Below are positions 39,620-49,623 of a stretch of DNA of 64,000 bases, piece after piece; positions within the stretch are counted from its first letter, which is position 1; each line of letters opens with the position of its first letter. Location: positions 1 to 64,000 of IMG/VR virus record IMGVR_UViG_3300044638_006750. One strand, 5' to 3'. The notes under the pieces were generated by a model that was given only the letters and a program-made list of their open reading frames with translations, was not told where the DNA came from and made no database searches. Both the position numbers and the translations under genes were made by a program.

Positions 39620-41215
39620 TTATTTCCTTATACGATACTCTCCAACCAGAGACGCTTGTTTCGATACTGGATCGAATACCACTACCTTTATAACATTGTC
39701 TCCTCTACGAAACCAGATTCTATTCAAACTTATATTAAAACCATGATACGCCGATCCTAAACTATACTTTAATGCTTGTCGATACTGATTGGCCCACTGA
39801 CCAGCCACGAGCCTATCGTTTATAAGAATTCTTACTACTACAGGAGAACTTCCGCTTCTATCACTATACGCCCATCCTGCAATTCTACTAGTAGTTAATA
39901 GTCCTACACGAACCACAGGAGGAGGAATTACAACCTTTGTCGTAGCAATGGTGCTCCACGACCCGCTCTGAGAGTCCATAGCCTTTATATTTATAACATG
40001 GTCTCCTACTACCAGACCTCCCAGATTAAAAATAAAAGTTCCATCAGACCCAGATATTTTTGAAGTAACCAGAGTATCATCTATCCATAGCTGCAAATTA
40101 AGCGGATTAGTACCGTCTGGATCTTTGACCCATCCACTAACAATTTTTAATGTTTGATAATTAATGCCACCAATTGGAGCTTGATTATGAACGTATGGTA
40201 TTCCCAAGAGACTGTCAACAGCCGCTTCTATATTTAGTTTTCCACCAGTAGCCACCTTTCCAAATAATTCCGGTAATTTATCGACCGCCCCAAAGATCAC
40301 ACCCTTAACTTCTGCAACACTTAATGGTTGGATGCTATTTAATAGTGCTACGGCTCCGGTTACAAATGGAGCAGCCATGCTAGTTCCGCTTAAATATCCA
40401 TAACTATTCCATGGCAACGTAGAATATATCATACTTCCCGGAGCAGCTAAATCTACTGTGGTTGAACCATAGTTAGAAAACCCTGCAAGATTTACTTTAT
40501 CATAACTTAAAGCCCCGACACTAATAATATTATCTATATCATAGCAACTAGGATATCTTAATGTAATATCATTATTACTACCATTATTTCCAGCAGCAAC
40601 AGTCAACACAATTCCACTATCATTTAATTTTTGAATTTCTCCATACAACATATTACTAAAGCCAGTTCCCCCACCCCAGCTAGCATTAGCCACAACCACA
40701 TTAACCCCATAAACATTTTTCATCATCAGAGCATACTCCATTGCTCGAATTGCCCCACCAGTGTCTCCGATTCCTCTGTCATCCATGAATTTTAAACTCA
40801 TGATACTAACTTTCCAATTTACTCCAGCAATACCTAACGAATTATCTCCTACTGCACCAATTATACCAGCAACATGAGTGCCATGTCCATAATTATCTTG
40901 TACGTTGCTAGTATTATTAGAAAAATTCCACCCATAAATATCATCTATATAACCATTATTTTCATTATCTATACCGTCACCAGCTATTTCAAAAGGGTTT
41001 ATCCATAAATTATCTTTAAGATCCTGGTGCGTCAAATCTGTTCCACTATCTATAACAGCGACTACTACATTTTTAGAACCGGTTGATTGACTCCATGATC
41101 CAAAGGATGATATACTCTGTAACCCCCACTGATTATTTAGTAAAGGGTCGTTAGAAGAAACAGATAACAGGGCCCTAGTCTCTAATTGCTCTAATCCTAG
41201 AACTTTTTTGTTCAT
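39620..41215 (-). CDS. S8 subtilisin-like serine protease with a Planctomycete extracellular N-terminal motif
   Basis: VAVIDSG, HGTHVAG and GTSMAAP triad; AAGN; start MNKKVLGLEQLETRALLS with AAGGA RBS. Confidence 0.92.
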   Translation of the reverse strand: MNKKVLGLEQLETRALLSVSSNDPLLNNQWGLQSISSFGSWSQSTGSKNVVVAVIDSGTDLTHQDLKDNLWINPFEIAGDGIDNENNGYIDDIYGWNFSNNTSNVQDNYGHGTHVAGIIGAVGDNSLGIAGVNWKVSIMSLKFMDDRGIGDTGGAIRAMEYALMMKNVYGVNVVVANASWGGGTGFSNMLYGEIQKLNDSGIVLTVAAGNNGSNNDITLRYPSCYDIDNIISVGALSYDKVNLAGFSNYGSTTVDLAAPGSMIYSTLPWNSYGYLSGTSMAAPFVTGAVALLNSIQPLSVAEVKGVIFGAVDKLPELFGKVATGGKLNIEAAVDSLLGIPYVHNQAPIGGINYQTLKIVSGWVKDPDGTNPLNLQLWIDDTLVTSKISGSDGTFIFNLGGLVVGDHVINIKAMDSQSGSWSTIATTKVVIPPPVVRVGLLTTSRIAGWAYSDRSGSSPVVVRILINDRLVAGQWANQYRQALKYSLGSAYHGFNISLNRIWFRRGDNVIKVVVFDPVSKQASLVGEYRIRK

Positions 41216-41276
41216 GGTCGTGTCCTTACGAAAAGTTATGATAAATCTGAACTTCTCGCAATTTATCAGAAAAATT

Positions 41277-41708
41277 TCAGGTGTCAATCGGATTTAAAAT
41301 CATATGCATTCCACCGTCAATAAAGCCAATTTTGCCATAAAAATCCACAAGATTAGGATTACAATTTAACTTAACCTTATAGCACTTATTCCTTTTTGCC
41401 ACCCGAATACAATGATCCACAATTTCTTTTCCGTATCCTTTTCCTCGTTGTGATGGATGAACGCCCACATCCTCAATATGACAACACAACTGATTATATC
41501 TTAACTTACATTCCATAATAGTTGAGGCCGTAGCCACAATATTATCTTCTACCAAACCCACCCACGTTAAAATATTGGTTGGTCTCGACTCTAAAGCAAA
41601 TTTAATACTTTCCTCATTAGATAGTGAGACCCCGCTATTATTTAGCGAGGCCACACATTCTAAATACTGAGAGATATTATCAGAAGGCTCTAATATTTTG
41701 ATATCCAT
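41277..41708 (-). CDS. GNAT, glucosamine-6-phosphate N-acetyltransferase (GNA1-like)
   Basis: HIEDVGVHPSQRGKGYGK; CYKVKLNC; FYGKIGF; next to glmS. Confidence 0.8.
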   Translation of the reverse strand: MDIKILEPSDNISQYLECVASLNNSGVSLSNEESIKFALESRPTNILTWVGLVEDNIVATASTIMECKLRYNQLCCHIEDVGVHPSQRGKGYGKEIVDHCIRVAKRNKCYKVKLNCNPNLVDFYGKIGFIDGGMHMILNPIDT

Positions 41709-42009
41709 AGTTCCACATCGGATAATTTGGGATAACATTTACATAAGTTCTCTGACAACCAAAAATGCACCTTCTTTCCTGCACAACATAATTAACATAT
41801 GGAGGAGCAACATATAAAGGAGCAGCTACCACAGGATTATAATAGTAATAGGTTGTTACCGGTTGATAGACCGTACTATAGACTGGAGTTACAACTGTTT
41901 GAGGAACATAAGTAGTAACAGGCACAACAACCTGCTGACCATAAACAGAGCTACAACAAAACACTAATACTAAACTTAATAACAGATTCTTCATAGAGAT
42001 TCCTTTCAT
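41680..42009 (-). CDS. Secreted Val/Pro/Tyr-rich small protein
   Basis: Signal peptide followed by VVPVTTYVP-type low complexity. Confidence 0.6.
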   Translation of the reverse strand: MKGISMKNLLLSLVLVFCCSSVYGQQVVVPVTTYVPQTVVTPVYSTVYQPVTTYYYYNPVVAAPLYVAPPYVNYVVQERRCIFGCQRTYVNVIPNYPMWNYGYQNIRAF

Positions 42010-43832
42010 TCTACGGTTACGCTTTTGGCTAAATTACGTGGTTTATCCACATTGCATCCTCTTAATACCGCACTATAATATGCAAATAATTGCAAAGGCA
42101 TAATAGATATTAAAGGAGATAGCGGATCAATAATTCTTGGAACTATAATATCATAGTCGGATACTGATGACTTGTCATTCCCAACAGTAATAATCTTTCC
42201 TTCTCTTGCCTTGATCTCCTGTATATTGCTATAAATTTTGTCATAATAATTTTTATGGTTAGAAATAACAATCACAGGCATATTCTTATCAATTAATGCT
42301 ATAGGCCCATGTTTCATTTCTGCCGCAGGATATCCCTCAGCATGAACATAGCTAATTTCTTTTAATTTTAACGCTCCTTCAAGAGCCACAGGAAAATTAT
42401 ATTGACGCCCTAAATATAAACAATTCTTTGATTTGACAAAACGCTTGGCTAATTGATTAATATAATTTCCATTCAAAGACTCTCTCATAATATCTGGCAA
42501 TGCTCGCAAATCATTCAATAGAGCTTTTCGATATTCTATATCTAATGATCTATTAGTTTTATTTTGTTCTATCCACAAACTCAGCATTAATAATGATACT
42601 ACCTGAGTTGTAAATGCTTTTGTGCTAGCCACACCAATTTCCATACCAGCTCTGAGAAATACCCCACAATCTGTAAGATGAACCATAGAAGAATTAGGAG
42701 TATTACAAATACCAATTACAAAAGCCCCCTTACTTTTAGCTAATTCTAAAGCGCTTATAGTATCAGCAGTTTCCCCACTTTGACTAATCCCAATAATCAC
42801 ATCATCCTGCATAATAAATGGTTTACGATATCTGAATTCACTAGCATATTCCACACTAACTTTAATATGACAAAATTCTTCAAGATAATACTTTGCTAAT
42901 AATCCAGCGTGCCAGCTAGTTCCACAACCTAATATGGTTATGTGTTTGGCATTGGCTAGTCTTTCTTCGTATCCTAAAAGTCCCCCAAGAACTATGCGAT
43001 ATCCATCAATTCGCCCACTAGTACAATCTTCTATGCAACGTGGTTGTTCGTATATTTCTTTTAACATAAAGTGATCAAACTCACCCTTCTCTAGATTGAA
43101 TAGTTGATAATGCAATTTTCGTATATTACAAGGAGACAAAATAGTACCATCCATATTCATTAATTCTATTTTATTAGATATCTTACAAATGGTATTGTCT
43201 TCTAAAACTATAATTTGATCACAATGCTCATGAATAGCAATTCCGTCAGAGGCCACAAAAAATTCATTTCCCTTTTCTCCCACAACCAATGGACTTCCCT
43301 TCTTTGCACAAACCAAAGTATCAGGAGTTGTACTATCTAATAAAACGATAGCATATGCCCCTGTGACTCTTTCAGAAGCTAGTTTAACAGCTTCGCACAG
43401 ATCTTTCGCCTCTTTAATTAAATAGTCATAAATTAAGTATAAAAATACCTCACTATCAGTATCACTCTTAAAATAATAACCCTTCTGCAAAAGTTCCTCT
43501 TTCAGAGTTAAATAGTTTTCAATAATACCATTATGAACAATACTTAAACGATTATCTTTAGTATTATGAGGATGAGCATTTCTTGAACATGGTTTTCCAT
43601 GAGTTGCCCAGCGTGTATGACCTATACCAATTCGTGCCGTGACACTATTTTCCTTAGTCACTATTCCTTCTAGATCAGCCACACAACCAGCCTGTTTATG
43701 GGTTTTTATCTGATGGAACAATATGTAACTAATACCGGCGCTATCATAGCCCCGATATTCTAGTTTTTTTAATCCTTCAAGCAAAAAGGGCAAGCATTTC
43801 TGCCCGCCCTTGTATGCGACGATCCCACACAT
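42006..43832 (-). CDS. glmS: Glutamine--fructose-6-phosphate transaminase
   Basis: MCGIV, EYRGYDSAG, HTRWATHG, SQSGETADT, VASTKAFT, KPRNLAKSVTVE. Confidence 0.97.
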   Translation of the reverse strand: MCGIVAYKGGQKCLPFLLEGLKKLEYRGYDSAGISYILFHQIKTHKQAGCVADLEGIVTKENSVTARIGIGHTRWATHGKPCSRNAHPHNTKDNRLSIVHNGIIENYLTLKEELLQKGYYFKSDTDSEVFLYLIYDYLIKEAKDLCEAVKLASERVTGAYAIVLLDSTTPDTLVCAKKGSPLVVGEKGNEFFVASDGIAIHEHCDQIIVLEDNTICKISNKIELMNMDGTILSPCNIRKLHYQLFNLEKGEFDHFMLKEIYEQPRCIEDCTSGRIDGYRIVLGGLLGYEERLANAKHITILGCGTSWHAGLLAKYYLEEFCHIKVSVEYASEFRYRKPFIMQDDVIIGISQSGETADTISALELAKSKGAFVIGICNTPNSSMVHLTDCGVFLRAGMEIGVASTKAFTTQVVSLLMLSLWIEQNKTNRSLDIEYRKALLNDLRALPDIMRESLNGNYINQLAKRFVKSKNCLYLGRQYNFPVALEGALKLKEISYVHAEGYPAAEMKHGPIALIDKNMPVIVISNHKNYYDKIYSNIQEIKAREGKIITVGNDKSSVSDYDIIVPRIIDPLSPLISIMPLQLFAYYSAVLRGCNVDKPRNLAKSVTVE

Positions 43833-43845
43833 TCCTTGTGCCTAT

Positions 43846-44193
43846 TTAATTAGACGTTGGTTGAGCACTAGCATTTACCACACTAGCAGCCCTATTCTTC
43901 GGACGCCTACCCTTTGGTTTTTCAATATGCAGCTTTCGCCTTTGGCGTCTAACCATAGCAGTTGTAATATTTTGGCCACAAATTTGGCTTAGTTTAACGG
44001 CCAATTCGTCGTCACTATAAAGCTGCTGGTTGTTTTGAATAAATTCTAGATCCGTTTGGGTCCATTTCTTGTAGGTAGCCATATTAAGTAATCTCCTTGT
44101 AAAAAATCCATCAAACCTACAGTATAGTATCTTTTTGCTAATATTATGCAAGATGTTGGGTAAATTTTTATTTTTAAAGGTTCTTATTGACAA
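43846..44193 (-). CDS. Small HTH-like protein (probable start MATYKKW at about 44082)
   Basis: KWTQTDLEFI...SDDELAVKL...MVRRQRRKL; AAGGAG RBS. Confidence 0.6.
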   Translation of the reverse strand: MSIRTFKNKNLPNILHNISKKILYCRFDGFFTRRLLNMATYKKWTQTDLEFIQNNQQLYSDDELAVKLSQICGQNITTAMVRRQRRKLHIEKPKGRRPKNRAASVVNASAQPTSN

Positions 44194-44380
44194 AAAGTGT
44201 ACAAAAAAATATTATAGTCTATACTAACTACTGGAGAGGAAACTCTTATGAGCAATTTTGACGATATTAAAATAGTACCATCAGTTCTTGATGTTAAAGC
44301 TTTTGCTACAGAAGATGGCATTGTCACCCAGGAAGAACTACAACTAGAAGAAGGAAAAAGTATAGCAGAGCTTTTACAAG

Positions 44381-45013
44381 ATGAAGAAAAAAAGAAAAGC
44401 GAGCAAAACGAACCTACCGAATAATGTTACCGAAGAAGAATTTCTAAGAGTACTTGATAACATTAGTAAACGATTAGGCCATAAATTTAAATTCGGCTAT
44501 CATAGCTACGAGGATATGTATCAGCAGGCAGCCATCTTTGCCCTAGAAGGATTGGAGAAATATGACCAAAAAAGACCTTTGGAAAACTTCCTGTGGACTC
44601 ACGTTAGAAATCGTTTATTCAACTATAAAAGGGATAATTATAAAAGACCAGATAAACCATGTTTAACCTGTCCTTTTTATGACAAACATTTCCAGAACTC
44701 CAATAACCAATGTACAGAATTTGCCAACCAGATGGACTGTGAGCTTTATAAGAAGTGGTATAATAGAAATGATAGTAAAAAGAACATTATGAAACCCACA
44801 ACCATAGAAGACCAATCATTGCTTCGTAATAAAGACAATGAAGACTTCCAGTACATAATGGGCAATAAAGAACTGATCCAAAAACTAGAAGAACACCTAC
44901 AAGGCGAGTATAGGGAAATTTATTTACGTTTGAAGCATGGAACAAAGGTTCATAAGGCCGATATTAAAAAATTACAGAAATATATACAGGAAATAATAGC
45001 CGACTATGAATAA
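44381..45013 (+). CDS. Phage sigma-factor-like protein with a Cys-rich insert
   Basis: Region-2-like YEDMYQQAAIFALEGLEKYD...LENFLWTHVRNRL; CLTC...C...C insert. Confidence 0.65.
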   Translation: MKKKRKASKTNLPNNVTEEEFLRVLDNISKRLGHKFKFGYHSYEDMYQQAAIFALEGLEKYDQKRPLENFLWTHVRNRLFNYKRDNYKRPDKPCLTCPFYDKHFQNSNNQCTEFANQMDCELYKKWYNRNDSKKNIMKPTTIEDQSLLRNKDNEDFQYIMGNKELIQKLEEHLQGEYREIYLRLKHGTKVHKADIKKLQKYIQEIIADYE

Positions 45014-45809
45014 AAAACGTGGACAGCTATCATTAGATGAAGAAAAGTTTATAAGAGAAAATGTATCCTCTTTATCTATAGAAACCATAGCGGATCAGCT
45101 AAATCGTAGTACAGCTCCAATCAAACGCTATATTGAAGAACAAAAGCTATTCGTATCGCCGGACGAAAAAAGAGACGACGAAACTCTTAGATATAAGCTG
45201 CGATCAAAAACCTTTTGGGAGGAGATACAGCGTCAATTTGACGAATCTAGCGGGGAATTAAAGTATTTCGAGGATACATGGATAGGTCTTATAAAACAGT
45301 TCAGAGAAGACGTTTTACCGGCAGAAGAACTACAAATCAAACAATTTATAACTATCGATATTTTGATTAATCGTAGCATGAAAGAACGTAAACGTCATAT
45401 TACGGATACCGAAAAACTACAAAAACTGGTGGATGATGAATATGCTAAACCAGAAGATCAAAGAGATATTCCAAAACTGGCCAACCTTGAGACACAACTT
45501 GGGTTTGCCCGCAACAGTATCGCTAATTATACTAATGAATATACCAAGCTGCTTAATGAACAGCAAAAGATTAGCAAAGATCTTAAGGCAACTCGTGAAC
45601 AACGAATCAAAAGAGTAGAAGACGGCAAAAGTAGCTGGGTAGGATTAATACGAATGCTAGAAGAAGAAGAAATCCGAGAAAAAGAAGGACGCCAGATGGA
45701 GATTTTGGCTCTAGCAACAGAAAAAGCCAAACAAAAGATGTTTGAGCTACATCAGTATAACGATGGATCCTTGGATAAACCCTTTTTAACACCGGAGAGT
45801 GTGGACTAA
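45006..45809 (+). CDS. Coiled-coil protein with N-terminal HTH (possible terminase small subunit)
   Basis: HTH-like N-terminus; lies upstream of the terminase; inference only. Confidence 0.4.
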   Translation: MNKKRGQLSLDEEKFIRENVSSLSIETIADQLNRSTAPIKRYIEEQKLFVSPDEKRDDETLRYKLRSKTFWEEIQRQFDESSGELKYFEDTWIGLIKQFREDVLPAEELQIKQFITIDILINRSMKERKRHITDTEKLQKLVDDEYAKPEDQRDIPKLANLETQLGFARNSIANYTNEYTKLLNEQQKISKDLKATREQRIKRVEDGKSSWVGLIRMLEEEEIREKEGRQMEILALATEKAKQKMFELHQYNDGSLDKPFLTPESVD

Positions 45810-45810
45810 T

Positions 45811-46824
45811 ATGAAAACTCAGAAACACAATCATATAGCTATGGTAACAGGAGTTACTGGTCAAGACGGATCATATTTATCTGAATGGTTATTATCTAAA
45901 GGATATACTGTAATTGGATTATACAGACGAAGCAGCTCTAATAACTTTCATAGACTAAATAATATAATCCATAACCCTAATTTTCAACTAGAAGAATTCG
46001 ACCTCACGGATCCATCAGACGTATCTCAAAGCATAAACAGATTTCAACCAGAAGAGTTCTATAATTTAGCTGCTCAAAGTCATGTAGCCACCAGCTTTAA
46101 GCAACCTAGTACAACAATGGAAATCAATGCCACAGGAGTCATAAATATCCTGGAAGCTATCAGAAATTATTCCTCTGCTACAAAATTCTATCAGGCTAGT
46201 ACTAGTGAAATGTTCGGTAGAAATGTATCTGTAAATTATGCTACAAATGAAACATATCAAAACGAAAATACTGAACTTTTACCACAAAGTCCATACGGAG
46301 TATCCAAAGTAGCTGCTCATAGAATGGTACAAATTTATAGAGAAGGCTACGGAATATTTGGTTGTTCAGGTATTTTATTCAATCATGAAAGTCCTCGTCG
46401 TGGAGAAAATTTTGTTACTCGTAAAATTACTAAATATATTGGTAAATTAATTAATAACATTAATAGTGAAGGCTCTTTAAAACTAGGAAATATTAATATT
46501 CATAGAGACTGGGGACATGCCAAGGATTATGTAAGAGCAATGTGGATGATGATGCAGCATGATGTTCCTGATGACTATGTTATAGCTACGGGTGAAACCA
46601 GAACAGTATTAGATTTTCTTAAAGCTGCTTTTAATCATGTAAATCTAGACTACAAAGAATATGTAGAAATAGATCCATCTTTGTATAGGCCAGCAGAAGT
46701 TGAATATTTAAAGGGTTTGCCAGACAAGGCCAAAGATGTATTGGGATGGGAACCAGAAATATCATTTGATGAATTAGTAGTAGATATGGTAGAGTCCGAT
46801 ATTAAAAGTTATAGCTATGTATAG
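45811..46824 (+). CDS. gmd: GDP-mannose 4,6-dehydratase
   Basis: TGVTGQDGSYL, YNLAAQSHV, FYQASTSEMFG, PQSPYGVSK, LFNHESPRRGENFVTRKI, RDWGHAKDYV. Confidence 0.96.
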   Translation: MKTQKHNHIAMVTGVTGQDGSYLSEWLLSKGYTVIGLYRRSSSNNFHRLNNIIHNPNFQLEEFDLTDPSDVSQSINRFQPEEFYNLAAQSHVATSFKQPSTTMEINATGVINILEAIRNYSSATKFYQASTSEMFGRNVSVNYATNETYQNENTELLPQSPYGVSKVAAHRMVQIYREGYGIFGCSGILFNHESPRRGENFVTRKITKYIGKLINNINSEGSLKLGNINIHRDWGHAKDYVRAMWMMMQHDVPDDYVIATGETRTVLDFLKAAFNHVNLDYKEYVEIDPSLYRPAEVEYLKGLPDKAKDVLGWEPEISFDELVVDMVESDIKSYSYV

Positions 46825-47083
46825 AAATTTTGAAGATCCAATTTATAAGAAATGGAGAAAAGACGTTTATAAAAGGGATCATTTTACTTGCCAATGGCCA
46901 GGATGTGTTAACAATAAGAAGTTAAATGCTCATCATATTAAAACATGGGCTAATTTTCCAGGGTTAAGATATGATGTTAATAACGGTATTACGCTATGTA
47001 AACAGCATCACAAAATGATACAAGGAATGGAAGATTCTTACGAAGCTGTATTTTTACGAATCATACAACAGAAAAAAATATGA
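46817..47083 (+). CDS. HNH endonuclease
   Basis: WRKDVYKRDHFTCQ...LNAHHI...NGITLCKQHH. Confidence 0.9.
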   Translation: MYRNFEDPIYKKWRKDVYKRDHFTCQWPGCVNNKKLNAHHIKTWANFPGLRYDVNNGITLCKQHHKMIQGMEDSYEAVFLRIIQQKKI

Positions 47084-47559
47084 TAGATTATAACAATATA
47101 AAAATTATCGTTGATACACGAGAACAGCAACCGTGGGATTTTCCTAGACACGAAGTAGCATCCAGAAAGTTAGATACTGGAGATTACTCAATGGAGGGTT
47201 TTGAGCACTTGTTATGTATTGAACGTAAAAAAAGCGTAAGTGAAATAGCTAATAATATCACAGAAAAAAGATTTAAAGATGTTATTAACAGGATGACAAC
47301 TTATAAATATCCCTTCATACTTTTAGAGTTCGATCTAGAGGATGTGTTGCAGTATCCAATAGGCTCCAATGTTCCCAAAAAAATGTGGGATAAACTAAAA
47401 ATTTCACCAGCATTTATTTTAAAGCATCTAACAGAATTACAGGTTTATTTTAATATTAAGGTTTTATTTTGTGGATGTCCATCTAATGCAGAAAAAATGG
47501 CTATCGCTATCATGAGAAGAGTTTATGAGCTTGAAGGCAAGTCAGAAAAAGATATTTGA
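47080..47559 (+). CDS. ERCC4/XPF-family nuclease
   Basis: IVDTREQ, LDTGDYS, IERK. Confidence 0.88.
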   Translation: MIDYNNIKIIVDTREQQPWDFPRHEVASRKLDTGDYSMEGFEHLLCIERKKSVSEIANNITEKRFKDVINRMTTYKYPFILLEFDLEDVLQYPIGSNVPKKMWDKLKISPAFILKHLTELQVYFNIKVLFCGCPSNAEKMAIAIMRRVYELEGKSEKDI

Positions 47560-49567
47560 AGATGCTTGGCTAGGACTTGGCGATTTATCGCTACTGTCTT
47601 TAAGTTCAAACAATCCGATGATACACAGATCAGAAAAGGATATAGAAAATCCGGATCTGCATTTGTTAAGACTATTGCGAGATCCAAAATACATAGGATC
47701 TACATGCAATCTTTTATTTAATATAGAATTACATCCTATTCAAGTTTTAATTTTGCAAGAATTTTGGACACGAGCATTTCCTATGTATATTGCTAGTCGT
47801 GGTTGGGGTAAGTCGTTTCTTTTGGCTTTATATTCTTTATTACGATGTACTTTTTATCCTGGTACAAAAATAGTTATTGTGGGCGCAGCTTTTAGACAGA
47901 GTAAGATTATATTTGAATACATGGAAACTATGTGGCGCAATAGTCCAATTTTAAGAAGTATATACAATGGCAATGATGATGGACCACGCCGTGACGTTGA
48001 TAGATGTACTATTCGCTTGGGCGACAGCTGGACTATTGCTGTTCCTATGGGCGATGGGAGTAAAATCAGAGGTCTTAGAGCGCATATCATTATTGCAGAC
48101 GAATTTGCATCTATTAGCCCCGACATCTATGAAACTGTAGTATCAGGCTTCGCTGCTGTTTCTGCTAGTCCGATCCAAAACGTAAAGGAACAAGCTAAAA
48201 AAGCCGCTATGATTGAGGCAGGATTATGGAATGAGGAACTAGAAATACTTAATGACAAAATGGGTAATCAAGCAATCATATCTGGTACTGCTGATTATTC
48301 CTTTAAACATTTCGCCCAATATTGGAATAGATATAAAGCTATTATAGAAAGTAAAGGCAATATTCAAAAACTAGAAGAAATTTTTAAGGGTGAAGTTCCT
48401 AGTAATTTTAATTGGAAAGATTATTCTATTATTCGTATTCCATATGAATTAATACCGAAAGGTTTCATGGATGATAAACAGGTTAGTAGAGCTAAAGCTA
48501 CTATTCATACCGGTATATATAACATGGAGTATGGAGCTTGTTTTACAGCTGATAGTGATGGATTCTTCAAGAGAAGCCTTATAGAAAGTTGTGTTGTTAA
48601 TGATACTAAACCAATAATTATCAATTCAAATCCTATAGTTTTCGACGCAGTGATACATGGTAATTCTTCTAGACAGTATATTTATGGTGTTGATCCAGCA
48701 TCCGAACAAGATAATTTTAGTATCGTAATTCTTGAAGTTTATCAAGATCATGCTCGTGTTGTATATTGTTGGACAACCAATCGCAATAATTTTAAAGAAA
48801 GACAAAAAACAGGATTAGTTAAAGAATATGATTTCTATGGTTTTTGTGCCAGAAAAATACGCAATCTTATGAAGATTTTTCCATGCTCTCGTATTGGTAT
48901 GGATGCTCAGGGTGGTGGTGTCGCTATTGAAGAAGCTTTACACGATCCTTCTAAGCTAGAAGAAGGAGAAACATTAATTTGGCCAGCTATTAACTATGAT
49001 AAGAGCAGAGATACAGATTCACAACCGGGACAACATCTAATAGAATTAGTACAGTTCGCCAAGGCGGACTGGACAAGCCAAGCTAATCACGGATTAAGAA
49101 AAGACTTAGAAGACAAAACATTATTATTCCCAAGATTTGATGGATTAACATTAGGTTTGGCATTAGACGCAGAAGGTAAAGATATTATGACTACTGATTT
49201 GACCCATAATATTTATGATAGTTTAAGCGAATGCATACTAGAAATAGAAGAACTTAAAAACGAATTGACTACTATAGTGATGACACAAACAAGCACCGGA
49301 CCAAACGCTAGAGACAGATGGGATACTCCAGAAGTTAAACTACCAAACGGTAAAAAGGGTAGACTCAGAAAAGATAGATATAGTTCTCTTGTGATAGCCA
49401 ATATGTTGGCCAGACAATCCAGAATATCACTAGCTCCGATAGAATATGATCTCATAGGAGATAATCGCAGAAATGTTGTCAATCAAACAGGAGCTTTATA
49501 CAAAGGACCAGAATGGTTTACTTCAGCAGTAAACGATGATATATATAAGGGAATCTATAGAGAATAG
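47525..49567 (+). CDS. terL: Terminase large subunit
   Basis: Walker A ASRGWGKS; RGLRAHIIIADE Walker B; nuclease motifs GVDPAS and KDRYSS. Confidence 0.92.
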   Translation: MSLKASQKKIFEDAWLGLGDLSLLSLSSNNPMIHRSEKDIENPDLHLLRLLRDPKYIGSTCNLLFNIELHPIQVLILQEFWTRAFPMYIASRGWGKSFLLALYSLLRCTFYPGTKIVIVGAAFRQSKIIFEYMETMWRNSPILRSIYNGNDDGPRRDVDRCTIRLGDSWTIAVPMGDGSKIRGLRAHIIIADEFASISPDIYETVVSGFAAVSASPIQNVKEQAKKAAMIEAGLWNEELEILNDKMGNQAIISGTADYSFKHFAQYWNRYKAIIESKGNIQKLEEIFKGEVPSNFNWKDYSIIRIPYELIPKGFMDDKQVSRAKATIHTGIYNMEYGACFTADSDGFFKRSLIESCVVNDTKPIIINSNPIVFDAVIHGNSSRQYIYGVDPASEQDNFSIVILEVYQDHARVVYCWTTNRNNFKERQKTGLVKEYDFYGFCARKIRNLMKIFPCSRIGMDAQGGGVAIEEALHDPSKLEEGETLIWPAINYDKSRDTDSQPGQHLIELVQFAKADWTSQANHGLRKDLEDKTLLFPRFDGLTLGLALDAEGKDIMTTDLTHNIYDSLSECILEIEELKNELTTIVMTQTSTGPNARDRWDTPEVKLPNGKKGRLRKDRYSSLVIANMLARQSRISLAPIEYDLIGDNRRNVVNQTGALYKGPEWFTSAVNDDIYKGIYRE

Positions 49568-49623
49568 GTGTATTTACTAAGTAATCCGATTACAATAATA
49601 TTACAATGGCATTATAAATTAAT

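Noticed and set aside
47525-49567. Intein or intron in the terminase
   Set aside because: The ORF is continuous and I see no intein splice or LAGLIDADG motifs.
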